Shown in pieces: positions 1 through 8,656 of a DNA stretch of 64,000 nt. The stretch covers positions 1 to 64,000 of IMG/VR virus record IMGVR_UViG_3300020732_000008, one strand, 5' to 3'. Every line of letters begins with the position of its first letter. The stretch's first letter is position 1. The notes beneath the pieces are model-generated. The model was not told the DNA's origin. It worked only from the letters and a program-made list of their open reading frames with translations, and made no database searches. Made by a program: the position numbers and the translations under genes. This DNA comes from a virus.

Positions 1-197
1 CGGTCTAAGTAGAAGGCCGCTCTTTTATACGCTTCGGTTTCTGTGTATTCAGGTAATTCTCCAATCTCCCGCGCTATCTGCTCGCCAATCTCGTCACGGA
101 AAGAGCAGTAGCAGTATTTTTCTGTTGGCTTTTTAGGGAAGTAATAAGTGGTTTCAGTCCCACAAGTTTCACATGGTAAATCTTTCAAGTAACTCAC
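1..197 (-). CDS. hypothetical protein, runs off window start (MSYLKDLPCETCG...)
   Basis: Manually translated. GTG at 195-197 overlaps the stop of the upstream ORF. Has CxxC and an EQIAREIGELP motif similar to the neighbouring gene. Confidence 0.6.
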   Translation of the reverse strand, partial: MSYLKDLPCETCGTETTYYFPKKPTEKYCYCSFRDEIGEQIAREIGELPEYTETEAYKRAAFYLD

Positions 198-424
198 TTC
201 TCACCCCTAGCGATAGCGGCGGCTCTACTTCTCACAATTTGCCATGCTTGAACATCACCCAACGGCATTTCCTCAATCTCCTGTGCTATCTGCTCGCGCA
301 ATTCCTTTTCCCATTCTTGCTTTCGGTACACAACTATTTGCTCTACCGCAACTTGATAAACGGGTGATACCATAACCGTCTCGCCATTGTCAGCAGTAAA
401 TTGAGCATAAGTTTTTTCAGTCAT
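194..424 (-). CDS. hypothetical protein
   Basis: 76-aa ORF tightly packed with its neighbours; LREQIAQEIE...AAIARG motif. Confidence 0.7.
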   Translation of the reverse strand: MTEKTYAQFTADNGETVMVSPVYQVAVEQIVVYRKQEWEKELREQIAQEIEEMPLGDVQAWQIVRSRAAAIARGEK

Positions 425-712
425 TTACATCACCTCGTCTAATCGTTGGGCTATGTCTAGGTAGGTAGGGCAAGGAAACTTTTGAAGGTATTGACCGTAT
501 TCAGAGTCGTAACCGCAAGCCACACACCCGATGGTTTCATAATTATCTGGCTCACTTGAAGCGCAGTGCAACCCCAACACATCTCGGTTGGCTAGGAGAG
601 AGGCGCGGTATTCGATTTCAGTTTCAATGCCCCAAGCGCAAGGGTTGTTAATCAATTCATTTAATTTGGCGACTCGCTCATCAATCCACGCTATAACTTC
701 ATCGTGTGTCAT
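425..712 (-). CDS. hypothetical protein, probable Zn-binding (H...CxxC...PCPT)
   Basis: 95-aa ORF in an operon-like arrangement. Confidence 0.7.
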   Translation of the reverse strand: MTHDEVIAWIDERVAKLNELINNPCAWGIETEIEYRASLLANRDVLGLHCASSEPDNYETIGCVACGYDSEYGQYLQKFPCPTYLDIAQRLDEVM

Positions 713-713
713 C

Positions 714-1232
714 TTATCTTCCTAGAAGTCTATTCAAAGGCTTGCCACAATCAGGGCAGCTACCTCGTGCAACCTTACGTCCAGATTCAGAGATTTTGAC
801 GTATCCGTCTACCATCTCTTTCTTTCCGTTACAGCTAACACAGAAAGCATTGCCGTCATAGGGTTCCTTCTGACGTCGTTCACGTTCTTCAATAACCATT
901 TGAATGGTGCCAAAGTAACCAGCACCATCGACAAGATTGTCACGCTTTGGCATAAATGACTCACGTGCGATTTTGAGACCAACCATTGCTAGTCCCACTT
1001 GTTCTTCTGTGATTTCGATATTGAAAATAACACTCCATATATCAGCAATACGCCTAAAGTTATCGAGAGGATGGTCATACGCCCGGTTCCGATCTCCCGT
1101 GATGAGGCGTTGAGCTTCTTCCAAGACCGTTTCATCATGCTGAGAAGGCTCTGCTACGTGACCGGATACCACTGGTCCCGCTTGTCCGTCTCGTAAGCTC
1201 TCTTGATACCACTTGGGAATTTCGTTCGACAT
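714..1232 (-). CDS. DUF6378-like domain fused to a C-terminal DUF5679-like zinc ribbon
   Basis: LEEA..LITGDR..AY.HP.DNF.RIA..W, KIAR and DNLVD.AGY motifs; C-terminal CVSC...GR..ARG.CPDCG. Confidence 0.65.
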   Translation of the reverse strand: MSNEIPKWYQESLRDGQAGPVVSGHVAEPSQHDETVLEEAQRLITGDRNRAYDHPLDNFRRIADIWSVIFNIEITEEQVGLAMVGLKIARESFMPKRDNLVDGAGYFGTIQMVIEERERRQKEPYDGNAFCVSCNGKKEMVDGYVKISESGRKVARGSCPDCGKPLNRLLGR

Positions 1233-1617
1233 CTTCCGCCCTTGTCTCTAGTAGTTTACGAAAAGCATACTTAGTGTCCACATCATTACGCAACTCGATG
1301 GACTGTGGGTCTGAGGCTGCTATTGCTTTTGTGATCGCTACACGATCAGTCTTAGCACCTGTCCAGTTTGACATCTTTACAGATGCTTCCTGCATTTCTA
1401 GTGCACGCTCTGCTTCACGCTCATTAATAACAGAGATAGCCCTGGCACCAGACAGGTAGTCATTCCATTGGGTGAATTGGACGAAGAGGTCCATAAGACC
1501 TTCATCGTCCATCTCACTTATGTCTCTTGGTAAACCTGGGATTGGAAATTCTGGCTTGGAAGCCATAACAATGCCTAGTTGCTTTAATGATTCCACAACT
1601 GATTTAGACAGTGACAC
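1135..1617 (-). CDS. alpha-helical protein, possibly UvsY-like recombination mediator
   Basis: Probable GTG start at 1617 after AAGGGGG; helical pattern with SDP and C-terminal VSRELTRR; lies near recA and the nuclease. Function is inferred. Confidence 0.45.
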   Translation of the reverse strand: MSLSKSVVESLKQLGIVMASKPEFPIPGLPRDISEMDDEGLMDLFVQFTQWNDYLSGARAISVINEREAERALEMQEASVKMSNWTGAKTDRVAITKAIAASDPQSIELRNDVDTKYAFRKLLETRAEDVERNSQVVSRELTRRTSGTSGIRSRSRAFSA

Positions 1618-2128
1618 TTGTACCCCCTTGTGTAGGAAAACTAAAGACTCCGTTAGTAGAGCCGGCAATAACTGTGGTGGTGGTACTTGGATTAGCTGAT
1701 AGCCCAAGGAACTTATTGCGTTCCTTAGCATACTCTTCTATTGTCATATTTCTAATTCTGTCAGCTACAGTCTCCTCAGCTTTACTAAAGAGGCTGGGGT
1801 CTACAGCAATTGGAGGAAGTACAGCCTTATGGCCGCCGCTCCAAAGCTGGTCTACAACAGCCTTAGCAATAGTTACTGAAAGATTCTTATCTTCACAGTC
1901 AGGCAAAAGATCTTGAATCAAGTTTTCAATACTTGATGCAACAGTCTCTTTGTAATCTGAGATGTCTTCTTGAGTGCGAAGAGTCTCAGGTGTCTTTACA
2001 GAAGATGGATAATCAGGAGGTGTAAAGGCCGTATACGCATTCATAATTGCAGAATGCATATTAGCGGTTACAGGTATGCTAACACTGTGATGAGCAACTT
2101 CTTTTGATTTACTCTTCTTCTTTAGCAT
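1604..2128 (-). CDS. hypothetical protein carrying a scaffold-like C-terminal motif
   Basis: ORF track 1604-2257, probable start ATG 2128. IRNMTIEEYAKER resembles the scaffold tail (see findings). Confidence 0.7.
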   Translation of the reverse strand: MLKKKSKSKEVAHHSVSIPVTANMHSAIMNAYTAFTPPDYPSSVKTPETLRTQEDISDYKETVASSIENLIQDLLPDCEDKNLSVTIAKAVVDQLWSGGHKAVLPPIAVDPSLFSKAEETVADRIRNMTIEEYAKERNKFLGLSANPSTTTTVIAGSTNGVFSFPTQGGTSVTV

Positions 2129-2432
2129 GCCACTTCTCCCAATATGGAGTGCCGTTCTCATCATAATCTGAGCCAATGGCTCTAAGAACATCCTGGGTAT
2201 ATGGGTCTTCCAGAGCCTGTTCCATTGCAATCTTAACCTTGATGTCTTCAAAGGCAAGGAAGATAATGTTTTGTGCTTCTTTAAGACCCTCTATATAAGA
2301 AGCTAGCTTATCGATCTTAGCTGGATCATCTACATCCTGCCCGTGATCGACGTTGTCGTCAATAACTGATGACAGGACCGTTTGAATGTCCTTCTCAATA
2401 TCTGTTAGGTGTGCTAGTAATGTCTTTTCCAT
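2109..2432 (-). CDS. hypothetical acidic protein
   Basis: 107-aa ORF with a GGAGGG RBS. Confidence 0.75.
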   Translation of the reverse strand: MEKTLLAHLTDIEKDIQTVLSSVIDDNVDHGQDVDDPAKIDKLASYIEGLKEAQNIIFLAFEDIKVKIAMEQALEDPYTQDVLRAIGSDYDENGTPYWEKWHAKEEE

Positions 2433-2436
2433 GTTT

Positions 2437-2473
2437 CCCTCCGTACTGACTTAGCCACTACACCCTACCACAT
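2437..2473 (-). promoter_or_regulatory. putative actinobacterial extended -10 promoter and RBS
   Basis: Intergenic TGTGG-TAGGGT (TANNNT -10 with upstream TG), then GGAGGG before ATG 2432. Confidence 0.45.
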
Positions 2474-2490
2474 TGGGGTCGGGGATTTTT

Positions 2491-3342
2491 TTATTTAAAC
2501 GGTTCGCACCGTTTACACGACTTTACTGATCCGTAGATAGTACATGCCGGAGGTTTATTATTGCCTACTGCTTTGACTACGTCAAGTGCAGCATCAAAGA
2601 CCGGTTTGATGTGCTCATAGTTGTACTGTACTACGAATTCTTTATAGTCTTGGTCTGCCTTGAGTTCATAGATAAACACAATCTCTTTTGGAGCAGACTC
2701 TATCAGACCTTCTTCAGCCATGAGATGGCACAAGTGTAGGTAGACCTGACCCTGCTTGTAGTGTGACGCTAGGGGTCTACGTACGTTCTTCCAGGCTGTA
2801 AAGATATCCTGAGTCTCAGCAAATAAAGCCGGGTCTTCCATGCGTAGGGTGCCGGCACCGATTGTTTTAATCTCGATTAAGAAGTCATCGCCAAGTCCCT
2901 TGACCCAGCCATCAGCATGCCCTGAAATGCGATGCTTATCACTTATTAGGGGAACTTCATTGTATTCAAGTCCATCTGCCTGGAGGCTATTAGACATGCC
3001 CCAGTTATCTTTAACGCCCCAAGTTCCGTAAAGGACACCCATCTCAGCTAAGTAACCTTGCCACTTAGCGTGGGCTGAATGTCCTTCATCGAAGATTGAC
3101 TGCAACCGTAGAGTGGTCTTATCACGTGTCTCTACGTAGTTGCCCTTTAATGCATGGTAGGCAGCTAGTGCACACCATTCTTTTTTAATAATGTCTGATG
3201 GATGTAGTACATCCTGTCTACGCTCCTCAAATGGACGCATCAGAATGTGACGCTCAACAGCACCGGTCAAACGGGTTTCCCGCTTGTTAGCTTCTAAGAA
3301 CGCTTTAAGATCTTTGTTCTTTACTATTTGGGGCTTTGACAT
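2491..3342 (-). CDS. Cas4-like / PD-(D/E)XK exonuclease
   Basis: HPS...C near the N-terminus, GHADG, IEIKT, QxxxY, and C-terminal C...CxxC; probable start at MSKPQ. Confidence 0.85.
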   Translation of the reverse strand: MSKPQIVKNKDLKAFLEANKRETRLTGAVERHILMRPFEERRQDVLHPSDIIKKEWCALAAYHALKGNYVETRDKTTLRLQSIFDEGHSAHAKWQGYLAEMGVLYGTWGVKDNWGMSNSLQADGLEYNEVPLISDKHRISGHADGWVKGLGDDFLIEIKTIGAGTLRMEDPALFAETQDIFTAWKNVRRPLASHYKQGQVYLHLCHLMAEEGLIESAPKEIVFIYELKADQDYKEFVVQYNYEHIKPVFDAALDVVKAVGNNKPPACTIYGSVKSCKRCEPFK

Positions 3343-3652
3343 CGTTTCTATCCAACCATTCATCCAGAGTTAGGCCTTGTTTTTCATACTTGCGCTTTAA
3401 CGCATTACGTTCTCTGTGGGACATGCCCCCAAAGATTCCGTGGAGTTCTTCGTTTACTATAGCTTCTTTTAAGCATTCTCGCTTAACGGGACAGGTTGGG
3501 CGACCGTCTTTACCGTTACATATTGCCTTAGCTTTGTCAGCAATAATCTTGTAGAGCTCTTTGTCTCTTGGTGGAAAGAAGATTTCAGTGTCTTCTCCTT
3601 GACACTTAGCCTCATATCTCCAAGTCCAGGGTTGGGTATCCCTGGCGTTCAA
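3305..3652 (-). CDS. whiB: WhiB-family transcription factor with an insertion in the CxxC
   Basis: AKC...IFFP...AKAIC-x8-CPV..EC...GIFGG. Confidence 0.9.
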   Translation of the reverse strand: MNARDTQPWTWRYEAKCQGEDTEIFFPPRDKELYKIIADKAKAICNGKDGRPTCPVKRECLKEAIVNEELHGIFGGMSHRERNALKRKYEKQGLTLDEWLDRNDVKAPNSKEQRS

Positions 3653-3970
3653 CTATTCTCCTATGATTGAGTTTCTTAGTTCAAAGAAATCTTCCTCTAG
3701 AAGAACTACATAGTTCTCCCCATCTAGGTGTAACCCTAGCACGGGAGTACGACTGTCTAAGATTGCTTCCTTAGTGATCTTTTGAAGAACTTCAGATTTA
3801 ATAGTGACCTGCTTTTTACCAGTCCACTTATGCTCGATTAAGAGCTCATCGTTTCTTACATCGCCTTTTCTGTTCCAGAATGCTCCGGAAGCAGCAGTAC
3901 GACTACCGCCTACAATCTTAGCCAGTCTCTTTTCATGCTTAAGAGACTCCTTCTGACCCTCAGTCTTCAT
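3653..3970 (-). CDS. Holliday junction resolvase-like PD-(D/E)XK nuclease
   Basis: E..LA...GG.R..ASGA....GDV...IEHK; immediately downstream of recA. Confidence 0.75.
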   Translation of the reverse strand: MKTEGQKESLKHEKRLAKIVGGSRTAASGAFWNRKGDVRNDELLIEHKWTGKKQVTIKSEVLQKITKEAILDSRTPVLGLHLDGENYVVLLEEDFFELRNSIIGE

Positions 3971-5024
3971 CTTCGACCGCTGGTACTAAGATCTTTGGTT
4001 GATCTTTAAGGGTATCTAGAACAGCCTTACTTAGCTCTTCACTGAGATCAATCTCTTCACGAATAGAATCGATTAGAGCTTGAGCGCCTTGCCATTTACG
4101 ATCGCCATAGTATAACCAACCACCACGACGCTCGACGATCCCATTGAGGATAGACAAAGCAACGATTTCCTTACCCCTATCATACTCTCCTTCTGAGAGT
4201 ACTCCGCCATTGGCAAAGTAGAAGTCCAGGTAAGCGGTCTGTTGAGGTGGGAAAGTCTTATTTTTAATAGTACGGACACGGATGGTCTGGCCTACACGGC
4301 GCTTATCTTGACCTGTTCCGGTCTCTAACCACACATCTCGCTTTACCTCACAACGAATGCTGTAGGCATAGTCCTTGCCCAAGCCACCAGGGGTCGTACG
4401 AGGATCGCCATGCATGACGCCGATCTTCATACGGTACTGGTTAATCATGATCCCTAGTACGGGGCGTTCTTCTTCAACCAAGTCTCTCTTTGTTGCTGAC
4501 GCAACTTTTCTGAAGAACTTGTTGGTGATGAGGGCGCCACGTCCGACTGTGAACTCTTCCATACTCTTTTCGTCCTCGGCACTAGGCACCAAGCCAGGTA
4601 AGCTATCAATGACCACAATGTCGACAGCTTTCGATTCCATGAATTGAATAACCGCATCAAAGGCATCCTCCATACTTGTTGTCTCTACGACAATGACACG
4701 CTTTGTGTCTACTCCGCATATTTCTGCATAGTCTCTATCAAAGTTTTCAGCAGCAATCCATACAGCTGTAAAGTCTGGATTGATTGCCTGGTTTGTTGCA
4801 ATAGTCTTTAGCGCTATGGCTGTCTTACCATGGGAGGCTTCCCCGATAATTTCTACCCAATGATTCATTGGCCAGCCACCACCTAGGACAACATCCAGGG
4901 TGAGTGATCCGGTAGGAATTCTCTTAGGCGTATGGATCTGATCAGCAGTTACTACTGTATTAGCTCCAAGCTTTTTATTGATCTGTGCGACTACCTTAAG
5001 GGCGTCTGAGTTAATTACAGCCAT
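3960..5024 (-). CDS. recA: RecA recombinase
   Basis: IPTGS..LD..LGGG, Walker A GEASHGKT, VVIDS, INQ.R.KIG, TTPGG, KNK. Confidence 0.97.
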   Translation of the reverse strand: MAVINSDALKVVAQINKKLGANTVVTADQIHTPKRIPTGSLTLDVVLGGGWPMNHWVEIIGEASHGKTAIALKTIATNQAINPDFTAVWIAAENFDRDYAEICGVDTKRVIVVETTSMEDAFDAVIQFMESKAVDIVVIDSLPGLVPSAEDEKSMEEFTVGRGALITNKFFRKVASATKRDLVEEERPVLGIMINQYRMKIGVMHGDPRTTPGGLGKDYAYSIRCEVKRDVWLETGTGQDKRRVGQTIRVRTIKNKTFPPQQTAYLDFYFANGGVLSEGEYDRGKEIVALSILNGIVERRGGWLYYGDRKWQGAQALIDSIREEIDLSEELSKAVLDTLKDQPKILVPAVEDED

Positions 5025-5446
5025 TATCCGATCCGATCTACGATTACGTTAGGTTGAAATCCACCAGATTGTCCTACTTGTTTAGCAGGTGTTGCAGTGC
5101 CAGCACTAGATCCTCCGGTGCTTATAGCGCCGCTGCCTGTTTGCATCTTGGGGTAGCCACAATCGTAGCAACGGTAGACTTCAAACATTCCACCTTGGTT
5201 AGATTGAGTTCCCACCTTCATGTAGTTACCGCTGTTGCATTCAGGGCAACGACTGGCACCACGTGTGCTTTGAGCCTTTGCTTGAGCGTTCACCACAGTT
5301 TGATCTTGATTAGGATCATAGTTAACCGGAGTAATTGCTTGACCACCGTACACATATGTATTGGGTACTGGTGGAGCTACGGGAGCCGTAGAAGGAGCAG
5401 CCTGTGGTTGCCCTAATTTACGTGAATACCAATCTGCGTTACTCAT
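5024..5446 (-). CDS. hypothetical zinc-ribbon protein
   Basis: CPEC...CYDCG within Gln/Pro/Gly-rich flanks. Confidence 0.75.
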   Translation of the reverse strand: MSNADWYSRKLGQPQAAPSTAPVAPPVPNTYVYGGQAITPVNYDPNQDQTVVNAQAKAQSTRGASRCPECNSGNYMKVGTQSNQGGMFEVYRCYDCGYPKMQTGSGAISTGGSSAGTATPAKQVGQSGGFQPNVIVDRIG

Positions 5447-5876
5447 GATTGTGTTCCTCTTCTTTAACGTTGCAGTCTAGTAAGTCTAGATTAATAAGTG
5501 TTGCGATGCAAGACACCGAAGCTGATAAGGAAATGGTTTTAAATAGATCAGCAAGATCTTCAAAGTTATCTGCATCAATAAGACTGTTCATTCCCTCTTC
5601 TTTAGCTTGAATAATATAAGCAGAGGCTGAAATGCGTGCAGACATATCTGCATGAGAGTTAATGAGAGGTATCAAGGCAGAGAACTTACGAATACGTTCA
5701 GAACTATCTCGTTCTTCCATCTCTGATACTTCTTTTGAGATTGGAGATAGACCCATCATCTCTGCGATCTCTTCAGCTTGATCGTCAAAGACAGAATCGT
5801 AGATAGCTTGGCGCATCAATACAGGTAAAGATACGTTAACTATGTTCATCTTCCTTGGTTTTTTACGCTTAAACAT
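5439..5876 (-). CDS. hypothetical protein
   Basis: ORF track 5439-5918; probable start MFKRKK at 5876 overlapping the polA stop. Confidence 0.7.
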   Translation of the reverse strand: MFKRKKPRKMNIVNVSLPVLMRQAIYDSVFDDQAEEIAEMMGLSPISKEVSEMEERDSSERIRKFSALIPLINSHADMSARISASAYIIQAKEEGMNSLIDADNFEDLADLFKTISLSASVSCIATLINLDLLDCNVKEEEHNHE

Positions 5877-7854
5877 CCTTGGCCTCTCCCCATCGGGACA
5901 CAATCTTAACATCGGCAATCATAGGAATGGACAGAGCATTAATGCCTTCCATTGCCTCACGAATAGCCTCAGCTGTCTCCTCCGCTAAATTATCTGGGGT
6001 AACTGTAACCAGTTCATCGTGCACAGTCAAAATCAGACTAGCCCCATCTGGGATTAAGTTTCTAGCACGAACCATGGCTACCTTTATAAGGTCAGCTGAA
6101 GATCCTTGGATGACTGTGTTGAATGCCTGACGCTCGGCCTTAGCCTTTAAGCCCATCTCCCTAGAACGTAGGTTAGGAAGGTAACGCTTGCGTCCCAGCA
6201 TGGTCACCACGTACGGCACCGGGGTGCGTACCTTGGCTTCCTGGATGATCTTACGCTTGTAGCGTGTGACTGATGGGAATTTGGCAGCAAACTCATCAAG
6301 GAGCTCTCTAGCACGCTCTAGAGTACATCCAATGGATGCGGAGATCTTTTCAGGTCCAACACCATAGGCTACGGATAGAAGCAGTTCCTTACCACCGGCA
6401 CGATCAATGCCCATTGTGTCACCAATGGCTGTGTACAAGTCTTCCTTGTCTACGTATGCCTGGCACATGATTCGATCCTTACTAAAGGATGCGATAACAC
6501 GGGGTTCAATCTGTGAGTAGTCGGCTACTACTAGCTTGTGACCTGGGGGTGCCACGAATAAATTACGAACAGCCTTACCGTTTTTGGTACGTGGATTAGG
6601 CACGTTCTGTAGGTTGGGGTTACGACTAGAGAAACGTCCGGTCTCTGTGCCGTACTGAATGAAGTCGGTATGCACCTTACCCTTATAAAGGATGCTCTCC
6701 CTTGCTACGGTCTTGCTCTTACCAAGTAAGGTTCTGGTTACAGACCCACCCTGATAAGGCATAACGTAAGTGGTCATCAGCTTATTTAAATCCTGGTAGT
6801 TAAGCAGCTCATCAACAAGCTCATCACGACCACGTAGATATTCCATAGCATCTTGTGCCACAGAGTAATCCTTCACCGTGGTTGGTTTACCCTCTTGATG
6901 GCGCTTCTGTCCTGCAGGAGTCATCTTCTTAGGCTTGATACCTCTACCGCCCTCTTTCTTAGGGGTAAATAGGATGGCCTGCTTTTCAGGTACTGAGTTA
7001 AGGTTGAATGGGCGACCGGCAAGCTTAAAGATATTTGCCTTTGTCTCTTCAAGTTGATGTTCAATATCGATCTTAAGTTGAGCTAGCTGTGCTAGATCAA
7101 TGTCTGCACCACGTAGCTCCATCTCAGAGATAACCTGGAGTACATCCATCTCTAAGTTAAATACTCCTTGGACCTTTTCATCTTTGATCTTTTGTTCATA
7201 AACCTTGTATAGCTTCCAGGTCCACTCAGCATCGAGGCCAGCGTATGTTGCCACCTCATCAAAGGAATACTTCTCAATCTCTTTACCAACACCCTTAACC
7301 ATCTCGTAGCCAAGTTCACGCTTAAGGCAGTCATCAAGACCAAGAGAGTGACGTTGTTGGTTATCTAAAATGAAAGCAGCATTTAAAGTACAGAAGTAGG
7401 TAGGCTCAGGTAGTCCACCAATGTACTTAGCAACACTTTGTAAATCGAACTTAAGGTTATGCCCAACTTTCTTTACCTTAGGGTCCTTAAGTAAAGGCTT
7501 AAGCGCCTTGAATACTTCTCCAGGGGTTAGCTGTTCTGGTGCTTCACCAAAGACTTTAACACCTTTCTTTTCATCCTTACTGTAATCATCAGGACGTAGC
7601 TCTTGACCCTTAGCCAAACGACGCTGGCCTGCAATAAGAAGTGGGTAGTCAGTCCTAATGTACTCACCATTAGGGTGTCCCATAGGAATTACATCGGTGC
7701 GATCTTCTGTTGCTAGAGCAATCCATACGACTTGATTACGTCGTGGATCTCCTCGGTAGTCGCCCATGGTTTCAACGTCATATACAAATGCGTCTACTTT
7801 TGAATAAGCTTTTACTACTTCATCAAGCTGTGCTTGAGTTTTTATTACCCTCAT
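5869..7854 (-). CDS. polA: family A DNA polymerase (3'-5' exonuclease plus polymerase, no 5'-3' exonuclease)
   Basis: DVET, HNLKFD, YAGLD, TGRFSS..PNLQN, ADYSQIE, K..L...YG, QGSSAD, VHDE. Confidence 0.97.
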   Translation of the reverse strand: MRVIKTQAQLDEVVKAYSKVDAFVYDVETMGDYRGDPRRNQVVWIALATEDRTDVIPMGHPNGEYIRTDYPLLIAGQRRLAKGQELRPDDYSKDEKKGVKVFGEAPEQLTPGEVFKALKPLLKDPKVKKVGHNLKFDLQSVAKYIGGLPEPTYFCTLNAAFILDNQQRHSLGLDDCLKRELGYEMVKGVGKEIEKYSFDEVATYAGLDAEWTWKLYKVYEQKIKDEKVQGVFNLEMDVLQVISEMELRGADIDLAQLAQLKIDIEHQLEETKANIFKLAGRPFNLNSVPEKQAILFTPKKEGGRGIKPKKMTPAGQKRHQEGKPTTVKDYSVAQDAMEYLRGRDELVDELLNYQDLNKLMTTYVMPYQGGSVTRTLLGKSKTVARESILYKGKVHTDFIQYGTETGRFSSRNPNLQNVPNPRTKNGKAVRNLFVAPPGHKLVVADYSQIEPRVIASFSKDRIMCQAYVDKEDLYTAIGDTMGIDRAGGKELLLSVAYGVGPEKISASIGCTLERARELLDEFAAKFPSVTRYKRKIIQEAKVRTPVPYVVTMLGRKRYLPNLRSREMGLKAKAERQAFNTVIQGSSADLIKVAMVRARNLIPDGASLILTVHDELVTVTPDNLAEETAEAIREAMEGINALSIPMIADVKIVSRWGEAKDV

Positions 7855-7945
7855 TTTTTGCTTCCCTATCTGTTAGTGCTCCCCCTTAGCAAAGTGTTAA
7901 GGGGACCTAGGAAAAAGGAGGAGGGAAAACCTAGGTCCCGTTAAC
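7855..7945 (-). promoter_or_regulatory. structured leader: hairpin with pyrimidine anti-SD loop, possible pseudoknot
   Basis: Perfect stem GGGACCTAGG/CCTAGGTCCC extended by GTTAA/TTAAC. The 18-nt loop TTTTCCCTCCTCCTTTTT is complementary to downstream AAGGGGGAG and AGGGAAG. Confidence 0.6.
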
Positions 7946-7954
7946 TATTGGGGA

Positions 7955-8653
7955 TTACTGTGCGGCGAGTAGTTCTGCAGCTAAGTCCTCTAGCTCTGCG
8001 GTTGTCGACACACGCAATGCTTCGGGTCCAAGAGGCTTGACTGTCTTTATAAACTCAGCGGCGCTAACAGGATCAATCTCCCAATCCTCTGCAAGATCAC
8101 GTTCCTTCACAGCTGCGACGGAGTGTGTGGTCTTTGTGCCTACGCCAGACTTACTAACTGCCCAGTAAATATCTGGACGATCGATAGGTCCGGTCTTCTT
8201 ATCTGAGTTCAACTTTTCCAACTGATTGAGTAGACGAATACCTACTGTCATCAACTGAACTGTTGGGCCTTCTTCTGCGGTCATGTTGACAACGCTGAAT
8301 GCGAACTTACGCTCAGGCTTGTTGCCAGCTAAATCTAGAGGATCGCCATTCCATCCAACGAAAGACTTCTTTCCTGGACGGTTAACCCAGTGTTGCAAGA
8401 ACACGATAGGTTCATTAGAGAGAAACTTAACGAGCTGTACATCGTCAGAGAAGCGGAAGTCCTGAGTGTAACCAGTACCTTCTTTAGCAGAGCTTTTAGC
8501 TGCTGCCCATCCCTGTTGAATTACTGAAGACCGTGCAGGTGCTTCAGTCTCGTCCTCTTCTTCAAACAGACTCTCGTCCAAAAGATCATTATCTTCTGGC
8601 GCATATGAATCTACGTTTGGTGCGTCCTTACGGACTCGGATATCTGCTGTCAT
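7955..8653 (-). CDS. single-stranded DNA-binding protein (gp32-like, putative)
   Basis: Acidic N-terminus, aromatic beta-rich core (VKFL, QHWV, YWAVSKSG.G.KT), adjacent to polA. Confidence 0.65.
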   Translation of the reverse strand: MTADIRVRKDAPNVDSYAPEDNDLLDESLFEEEDETEAPARSSVIQQGWAAAKSSAKEGTGYTQDFRFSDDVQLVKFLSNEPIVFLQHWVNRPGKKSFVGWNGDPLDLAGNKPERKFAFSVVNMTAEEGPTVQLMTVGIRLLNQLEKLNSDKKTGPIDRPDIYWAVSKSGVGTKTTHSVAAVKERDLAEDWEIDPVSAAEFIKTVKPLGPEALRVSTTAELEDLAAELLAAQ

Positions 8654-8656
8654 GAT

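Noticed and set aside
2491-3342. CRISPR-Cas system, suggested by the Cas4-like gene
   Set aside because: No repeat-spacer array or other cas genes. Stand-alone Cas4-like exonucleases are common in phage recombination modules.
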